From: Myxococcota bacterium | GTDB lineage: Bacteria > Myxococcota_A > UBA9042 > PHBI01 > JAWLBL01 | Length of the DNA stretch: 64,000 nucleotides | NCBI GenBank assembly: GCA_041687695.1 | Contig: JAWLBL010000001.1 | Location: 177,710-241,709, forward strand | Reading direction: 5' to 3' | Shown here: one piece after another, positions 56,192-64,000 of the stretch | Layout: every line of letters begins with the position of its first letter | How positions within the stretch are numbered: position 1 is the stretch's first letter | Notes under the pieces: model-generated | What the model was told of the DNA's origin: nothing | Databases searched by the model: none | Seen by the model: the letters and a program-made list of their open reading frames with translations, nothing else | Translations under genes and position numbers: made by a program

Positions 56192-56881
56192 TTGAGCGCC
56201 CTCGACTCCTTCTTGAACGCCTCCGGCGGCGATCCCGTCACCTTGCAGACCGCCCTGCTCTCGCTGCTGCTCGCCTTCGCGCTGACGCAGGCGATCGGGG
56301 CCGTCTACACCTGGACCTTCAAGGGCATGAGCTACTCGCGCTCCTTCGTGCAGGCCGTCGCGATGGGCAGCATCGTCGCCTGCATGCTCATGCTCGCCAT
56401 CAACAACAGCGTCGCCGCGGGCCTCGGCATCGCCGGCAGCCTGGCCATCATCCGCTTCCGGACCTCCATGCGCGACCCGCGCGACATGGTCTTCGTCTTC
56501 GCCTCGATGGGCGCGGGCATCGCGGCCGGCCTCAAGGCCTATCCGGCCGCCGTCCTGGGCACGGCCCTGTTCTGCCTGGCCGCGGTGCTGCTCAGCGTCA
56601 GCGAGTTCGGCAGCCAGCGCATCTACGACGGGCTGCTGCGCTTCGTGCTGCCGACCAGCTCCGAGGCCGAGCAGGAGCTCGCGCGCATCCTCAAGCGCCA
56701 CACGCGCCACTTCGCCCTCGTCACCCTGCGCGAGGTGTCGCAGGGTGACGCGCTCGAGCACGCCTATCAGATCCAGATCCCCGACCAGAGCCGGCGCGTG
56801 AAGCTGGTGCGCGAGCTCGAAGCGGTCGCGGGCATCCAGGACGTGACCCTGCTGATGCAGGAGCCGACGGTCGAGCTATGA
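56192..56881 (+). CDS. DUF4956-family membrane protein
   Basis: GLGIAGSLAIIRFRTSMRDPRD..G..AG motif; TM helices plus a soluble C-terminal domain. Confidence 0.88.
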   Translation: MSALDSFLNASGGDPVTLQTALLSLLLAFALTQAIGAVYTWTFKGMSYSRSFVQAVAMGSIVACMLMLAINNSVAAGLGIAGSLAIIRFRTSMRDPRDMVFVFASMGAGIAAGLKAYPAAVLGTALFCLAAVLLSVSEFGSQRIYDGLLRFVLPTSSEAEQELARILKRHTRHFALVTLREVSQGDALEHAYQIQIPDQSRRVKLVRELEAVAGIQDVTLLMQEPTVEL

Positions 56882-58944
56882 GCAGCCTGACGACGACGCT
56901 GCGGTCCGCGCTGGTGCGCTTCGGTCCGCTGGCCATCTGGATCGCCACCGTCGCCGGCGTCGCCTACCTGTGGGGCGACGTGGTGAGCGGCGGGCCGGTG
57001 GTCGGCCACGCCGAGGCCGTCGAGTACCGCCTGGCGTCCGAGACGGTGGCCCGCGTCGGCACCCTGGCGGTCGAGGTCGGGCAGTCGGTCGCGGCGGGGC
57101 AGATCGTGGCGACGCTGGACGCGAGCACGCTCGAGGGCGAGATCCGCGTCTACGAGGCCGACCGCGAGCGGGTCCGCGCGGCCATCGCGGCCGCGGCCGC
57201 CGAGGCGCGGCACTCGCTGGCCGCCGACACGCACGACCTCGAGCTCGAGGCCGCCAAGGTCGAGCGCGACCTGGCCCAGGTCCGGGCCGAGCACGGCGCG
57301 CGGGCCGCCGAGCTGCAGGCCCTGACGCAGCAGCGCCGGGCGCTCGCCAAGCTGATCGAGGACCGGCTGGCGTCGTCGGCCGAGCTGTCGGAGCTGGACG
57401 TGCGCCAGGCGACGCTGCGCAAGGAGGTCGCCGGGGCGCACACTCGGATCTCCGTGCTCGAGGCGCAGCTCGCCGGCATGCGCTCGCGGCCCTCGGGGCT
57501 GGTGGGCGAGACGGTGGACGTCGTGACCGCCCCGCTCCAGCACGAGCTGTCGATGATCGAGCGGCGCCTCGAGCAGCTGCGAGGGCAGCGCGACGCGCTG
57601 GTGCTGCGGGCGCCGACCTCGGGCATCGTCTCGACCATCTGGGCGCGGCCGGGCGAGGTGGTCGGGGCCGGCCTGCCGGTGGTGACGCTGGTGGGCGACC
57701 GGGCCGAGCGCGTCGTCGCCTGCGCGACCGAGGAGCAGGCCTGGGCCGTCGAGGTCGGGCAGGCCGTGACGCTGCACGGCCGGGGTGGCGGGGGCGGGAC
57801 GCCGCTCCGGGGACACGTCGTCGCGCTGGGCCCCGTCGTGAACCAGATGCCGCTGCGCTGCCGCCGCAGCGCCAACGAGCTGACCTGGGGCCGCGACGTG
57901 GTCGTCCTGGTCGACGACGCGGCGCCCATCGTGCCCGGGCAGGCCTTCTCGCTGCGCTTCGAGCGCGATCCGCGCCCCTCGGGGACGGCGGTGGCGGCGC
58001 GCCCGGCGGCCACGCCCGAGGGCGGGCGGCTGCTGGTCATCCCGGACGAGCTGCGGCGCCTGTCGCGCTTCGAGCCGTCGGGGCTGGTCTGGGTGCCCGC
58101 CCTCGCGCGCTACGTGGTCGCCAGCGACGACACGGGCTTCGACGGGCACGCGCAGGAAGGCGCGCCGTGGCTGTTCACGATGGACGCGGCCGGGCGGGTC
58201 GACCCGGCGCCGCTGGCGGTGGCGGGCGCCAAGGAGGTCAGCGACCTCGAGGGCATCACCGTCACGCCCTCGGGGCGTCTGTTCGCGCTGGCGTCGCAGA
58301 GCCTGAGCAAGAAGGGCAAGCGCCCGGCCAAGCGCCAGGCCTTCTGGCGCATCGGAGTCGAGGGGCGGAGCCTGCGCCTGGACGGCGAGCTGCGCTTGGC
58401 CGAGCTGCTCGGCGCGCTGTCCACCGAGCGGCTGCGGGCCCTGGGCGTGGCCGATCTCGACGCCCTGGACATCGAGGGCCTGGCCTCGGACGCCGCGGGG
58501 CGCCTGTACCTGGGGCTGAAGGCGCCGGTCGGCCCCGACGGCGAGGCGCTCATCTGGCGGCTGGACCACCCGGACGCCCTGTTCGCCAGCGGGCGGCTCG
58601 AGGACGCCGGCCTGTCGCTGTGGGCGCGCGTGCGGCTGCCGGTCGAGGCCGACGGCCGCGAGGTCCCGGGCGGCGTGTCCGAGCTGCTCTGGCTGCCCGA
58701 CGGGACGCTGGTCGTCGCCTCGACGGCGTCCGCGGGCGATCCCAAGACGCAGACCGGCCGCGTGTGGGCCGTCCCCGAGGCCGACCCCGATCGCGGCCCG
58801 CTGACGCCGCGCGAAGTGCGCGCCTTCGCCGGCCACAAGCCCGAGGGCCTGTCGCTCGCGCCGCATCCGGGCCGGATGGCGGTCGTCTTCGACAACGGCG
58901 ACGCCCCGCCGGCCATGGTGGAGCTGCCGTGGCCGGGCCGTTGA
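56878..58944 (+). CDS. HlyD-type periplasmic adaptor fused to a beta-propeller (DUF3616 / phytase-like) domain
   Basis: TM helix, lipoyl half-motifs (VEVGQSVAAGQ, LRAPTSGIV) and coiled coil; then FEPSG, DLEGI, DIEGLA and KPEGL propeller blades. ATGA coupling to DUF4956. Confidence 0.78.
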   Translation: MSSLTTTLRSALVRFGPLAIWIATVAGVAYLWGDVVSGGPVVGHAEAVEYRLASETVARVGTLAVEVGQSVAAGQIVATLDASTLEGEIRVYEADRERVRAAIAAAAAEARHSLAADTHDLELEAAKVERDLAQVRAEHGARAAELQALTQQRRALAKLIEDRLASSAELSELDVRQATLRKEVAGAHTRISVLEAQLAGMRSRPSGLVGETVDVVTAPLQHELSMIERRLEQLRGQRDALVLRAPTSGIVSTIWARPGEVVGAGLPVVTLVGDRAERVVACATEEQAWAVEVGQAVTLHGRGGGGGTPLRGHVVALGPVVNQMPLRCRRSANELTWGRDVVVLVDDAAPIVPGQAFSLRFERDPRPSGTAVAARPAATPEGGRLLVIPDELRRLSRFEPSGLVWVPALARYVVASDDTGFDGHAQEGAPWLFTMDAAGRVDPAPLAVAGAKEVSDLEGITVTPSGRLFALASQSLSKKGKRPAKRQAFWRIGVEGRSLRLDGELRLAELLGALSTERLRALGVADLDALDIEGLASDAAGRLYLGLKAPVGPDGEALIWRLDHPDALFASGRLEDAGLSLWARVRLPVEADGREVPGGVSELLWLPDGTLVVASTASAGDPKTQTGRVWAVPEADPDRGPLTPREVRAFAGHKPEGLSLAPHPGRMAVVFDNGDAPPAMVELPWPGR

Positions 58945-60275
58945 GGCGAGCGGCGGCGGGCCTGCTGGTCCTCGCGACCGGCGCTTGCGGCGGGTGCGCG
59001 TCGGTGACGCCCACGCCGACCTCGAGGGCGCTGGCCGTCTGGAACGAGCACGCCCAGGCGGCGCACGCGTCCCAGCCAGCGGTCCAGGGGGCGCGATTGA
59101 CGCTGACGGTCGACCAGGCCGTCGCGCGGGCGGTGGCTCACAGCGGCGAGGCCGCCGTGCTGAGGGCGCAGGCCCGGGCGCGGCGCGCGCGGGGGGACGC
59201 CGAGGCCGCGCCGCCCAACCCCGAGCTGCGGGTCACCAACGTGCGCCTCGACCGCCTGCACGCGGGCTCGCCGACCCTGGACGCGGCGCTGCGCTTCCGG
59301 TTCGAGCCGCCGGGGACCCTGGCGGCTGCGCGCGACGCCGAGCACCTCGAGGGGGCGGCGCTCGAGGCCGAGGCCGCCACGGCCGAGCTCGAGGCGGCGG
59401 CCGAGGTGCGGCGCCTGTTCAGCCTGGCGACGCTGCTGGGCGAGGCGGCCGCGGTGAGCGAGGCCGAGGCGCAGCTGTACGAGCGCCTGCTGGCGCAGCT
59501 CGAGGCCGCCGCGGCGCGGGGCCGCGCGGTCCGCACCGATCTCGCCGGGGCCGCCCTGGGGCGCGCCGACGCCATCGCCGAGCGGCACGCCGTCGCGACC
59601 AGGCGCGCCGAGGTGCTGGCCGAGCTGAGGCGGCACCTCGCCGTCCCGCCCGGGACGGAGCTGGAGCTGGTCGCGCCCGAGCCCGCGGCCGCGCCGGTCC
59701 CGGAGCTGGCGCGGGCGGACGACCAGGCGGTGGCCGAGGCGGCGCTGACGGCTCGCCCCGAGCTGGCGGCCGCGGCGGCCCGCGTGGCGCGGGGCGAGGC
59801 GCTGGTCGGGGGCACCCGCTGGCTGGCGTGGCCGCGGCTGGGCTTCGCGCAGCTGGGCTGGGAGCGCACGCGCGACGACGATCCGTTCGCGTTCGCGGTC
59901 GGGGTGGCGCTGGACCTGCCGCTCTTCGACGCGGGCGGCGCGGCCGAGGCCGAGGCGCGCGCGCAGCTGGCGGCGTGGCGGGCCGAGGAGGAGGCGCTGG
60001 CCCTGCAGGTCGGGCAGGAGGCGATCGCCGCGGCGCGGCGCGTCCGGGCGGCGCAGGCGCGGCTGGCGTTCATCGACGAGACGCTGACGCCGGCCGCCGA
60101 GCAGGCGCAGGCCGCGTCCGAGGCGGCCGAGGCGGTGGGCGCCGAGGACCCGAGCGACCGGGCGCGGGCCGAGCGGCAGGTGCTGCGCGCGCGGCGAGCC
60201 CGAATCGAGGCGCTGCTGGCGCTGTCCGAGGCGGTGGCCGCGTTCGAGCGGGCAGTCGGGGGCGCCGGGCGATAG
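58941..60275 (+). CDS. TolC-family outer-membrane channel
   Basis: Lipoprotein-like signal, PNPEL, RPELAAA and VALDLPLFD motifs; long helices. TTGA overlap with the upstream stop. Confidence 0.78.
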   Translation: MRRAAAGLLVLATGACGGCASVTPTPTSRALAVWNEHAQAAHASQPAVQGARLTLTVDQAVARAVAHSGEAAVLRAQARARRARGDAEAAPPNPELRVTNVRLDRLHAGSPTLDAALRFRFEPPGTLAAARDAEHLEGAALEAEAATAELEAAAEVRRLFSLATLLGEAAAVSEAEAQLYERLLAQLEAAAARGRAVRTDLAGAALGRADAIAERHAVATRRAEVLAELRRHLAVPPGTELELVAPEPAAAPVPELARADDQAVAEAALTARPELAAAAARVARGEALVGGTRWLAWPRLGFAQLGWERTRDDDPFAFAVGVALDLPLFDAGGAAEAEARAQLAAWRAEEEALALQVGQEAIAAARRVRAAQARLAFIDETLTPAAEQAQAASEAAEAVGAEDPSDRARAERQVLRARRARIEALLALSEAVAAFERAVGGAGR

Positions 60276-60461
60276 CCGCCGCCGACACGGCTGGGGTGGT
60301 CCGGACGGCGCGCGTGAGTAGGGTGCCCGCTCCGGAGGGCCGGAGCGCGTCGAATCGCGGCGTGGCGCGCGGCTTGCCTTCCGTTCTGGGGCTCTGTTAT
60401 GTGCCCTCGAGTCCGTCCCCCGCGCCCGCTTCGTCCGTGCGCGCCGCCGAGGAGCCTCGCG

Positions 60462-61061
60462 ATGTCCGAACTCACCAGCCAGCAGAAGCGCAAGCAGCTC
60501 CTCGCGATGCTCGGGTCGGGCATGGTGATGATCCACCTCGACCCGCGCGTCCCCGGGGTCGTCGTGCCGCCGCAGTTCGCCGGCGACGACGTGCTGCGCC
60601 TGAACCTGGACTACCGCTTCAACCTGCCGGCCCTCGACATCGGCAAGGACGGCGTCTACGCCGTGCTGTCGTTCAACCGGGTCAACTTCGGCTGCACCCT
60701 GCCCTGGGCGGCCGTCTTCGCCATGACCGCCCCGCAGGACGGCCACGAGGGCGTGGTCTGGCCCGAGTCCGTGCCGCCCGAGATGCAGCCCTACTTCGCG
60801 CAGGCCGGCGTGTCCGGCGGGGCCGTGCCGGTCAGCCTGCGCGCGGTCAGCCGCCGCGACGACGACCCGGCGCCCGCGCCCAGCCCGGCGCCCGCGCCCA
60901 GCCCGGCACCCGCCGCCGAGGCCGCCTCCGCCCCTGGCCCCCGCCGCTTCGCCGTGCACGACGGCGGCGGCGAGGGCGCGTCGTCCGCGGGCGCCGGCGG
61001 CGGCGACGGCGACGGGGCCGCCCCCAAGCCGCGCCGCCCCATCCTGACGGTCGTCAAGTAG
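60462..61061 (+). CDS. sspB: SspB-like ClpXP adaptor
   Basis: LDPRVPGVVVP..LRLNL..LSF..PWAAVFA core and C-terminal RPILTVVK ClpX-binding-like tail. GAGGAG upstream. Confidence 0.8.
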   Translation: MSELTSQQKRKQLLAMLGSGMVMIHLDPRVPGVVVPPQFAGDDVLRLNLDYRFNLPALDIGKDGVYAVLSFNRVNFGCTLPWAAVFAMTAPQDGHEGVVWPESVPPEMQPYFAQAGVSGGAVPVSLRAVSRRDDDPAPAPSPAPAPSPAPAAEAASAPGPRRFAVHDGGGEGASSAGAGGGDGDGAAPKPRRPILTVVK

Positions 61062-61069
61062 GCCGGGGC

Positions 61070-62904
<1,835 letters not shown>

Positions 62905-62908
<4 letters not shown>

Positions 62909-63843
62909 CGGCCGCCCCGCTGCTGGTCCTGGTCGGCCCCACCGCGGCCGGCAAGAGCGCCGTCGCCCTGGCCGTCGCCGAGGCCGTCGGCGGCGAGATC
63001 GTCAGCGCCGACTCGGTCCAGGTCTACCGCGGCGTCGACCTCGGCTCGGCCAAGCCCACCGCCGCCGAGCAGGCCCGCGTCCGCCACCACTGCATCGATC
63101 TCGCCGATCCGACCGAGCAGCTCGACGCCGCCACCTGGGCCGCCGCCGCCGACGCCGCCATCGCCGACGCGCGCGCCCGCGGCCGCGTCCCCATCGTCTG
63201 CGGCGGCACCGGCCTGTACGTCCGCGCCCTGCTCCACGGCCTGACCGACCTCCCAGATCCGCCGCCCGACGTCCGCGACGCCGTCCGCGCCGACCTCGCC
63301 GCCCGCGGCCCGGCCGCCCTGCACGCCGAGCTGGCCGCCGTCGACCCCCAGGCCGCCGCCCGCGTCCCGCCGACCGACCCCCAGCGCATCACCCGCGCCC
63401 TCGAGGTCTACCGCGCGACCGGCCGCCCGCTGAGCGCCTGGCAGGCCGACCACGGCTTCCGCCCGCGCCGCTACGACGCGCACGTCGTCGGCCTGTGGCC
63501 CGACCGCGACGTCCTGCGCGCCCGCATCTACGCCCGCGCCCGCGCCATGCTGGCCTCCGGCTGGCCCGACGAGGTCCGCGCCTTGCTCGCCCGCGGCGTC
63601 CCCCCCGACGCCCCTCCCCTGCGCGCCCTCGGCTACCGAGAGGTCGTCGCCCACGTCCTGGGCCACCTGCCCGCCGCCGACCTGCCCGACGCGGTCGCCC
63701 GCGGCCACTGGCAGTACGCCCGCCGCCAGCTCACCTGGTTCCGCGGCATCACCACGCGCGAGGACGCCCTGGTCCACCACGAGCCGGGCGCCCCGGACCT
63801 CGTCGCCCGCCTCAGTCGAACAGCGTCTGAGCCTGCGCCTTGA
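62905..63843 (+). CDS. miaA: tRNA dimethylallyltransferase
   Basis: GPTAAGKS, SADSVQVY, GGTGLY, RALEV and YARRQLTWFR motifs. GTGA overlap with mutL. Confidence 0.95.
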
Positions 63844-64000
63844 GCGCCGCGCAGTCGGTCCCCGCCCCGACCGGCACCCACACGAAGGCGCTCTTGTCCG
63901 GGTCCGGGTGCTTGTCGGCCGACATCGAGAAGCTGGCCAGCGCGGCCGGCTCGGCGCCCAGCGTCGTCTGCTCGCTGCTCCCGAGCAGCAGCCCCTCCAT
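63812..64000 (-). CDS. 3' end of a hypothetical protein entering from beyond the window
   Basis: Open GC3-rich frame up to the window edge, ending ...AQTLFD*. Confidence 0.5.
   Translation of the reverse strand: MEGLLLGSSEQTTLGAEPAALASFSMSADKHPDPDKSAFVWVPVGAGTDCAALKAQAQTLFD

Noticed and set aside
58985..61069. Apparent 1307-aa MutL fusion
   Set aside because: The upstream part overlaps the TolC and sspB genes in other frames; MutL homology starts near 61070.

Overview
A very GC-rich bacterial chromosomal segment that looks like Myxococcota (Cys-rich repeat lipoprotein, MYXO-CTERM-like tail, Hanks kinase, several c-di-GMP enzymes). It holds about 48 densely packed genes, including aguA/aguB, an RluA-family synthase, three GGDEF proteins, a fused NfnB/NfnA-like oxidoreductase, HupE/UreJ, cyaY, a CopA-type ATPase, MaoC, MscS, NhaC, amrB, an LtaS-like enzyme, two PAP2 paralogs and sspB-mutL-miaA. 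I found no rRNA, tRNA, CRISPR array, transposase or reverse transcriptase. Three loci stand out. (1) About 40.95-42.10 kb: a solitary four-helix-bundle (Avd/IVS-like) gene inside non-coding structure, with a 163-nt branched inverted repeat covering its ribosome-binding site, five hairpins downstream and a 42-unit GG-initiated 6-8 nt microsatellite upstream. (2) 42.3-51.0 kb: two NTT/TLC-like nucleotide transporters, a cNMP-binding protein, an Omp85-like barrel and a lipoprotein with atypical-kinase motifs, suggesting nucleotide supply to an extracytoplasmic kinase. (3) 55.3-60.3 kb: a VTC polyphosphate polymerase-DUF4956-HlyD/propeller-TolC operon suggesting polyP export. Two palindromic 21-22 nt tandem arrays lie between convergent genes. 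All product calls come from motif recognition by eye; no database searches were run.
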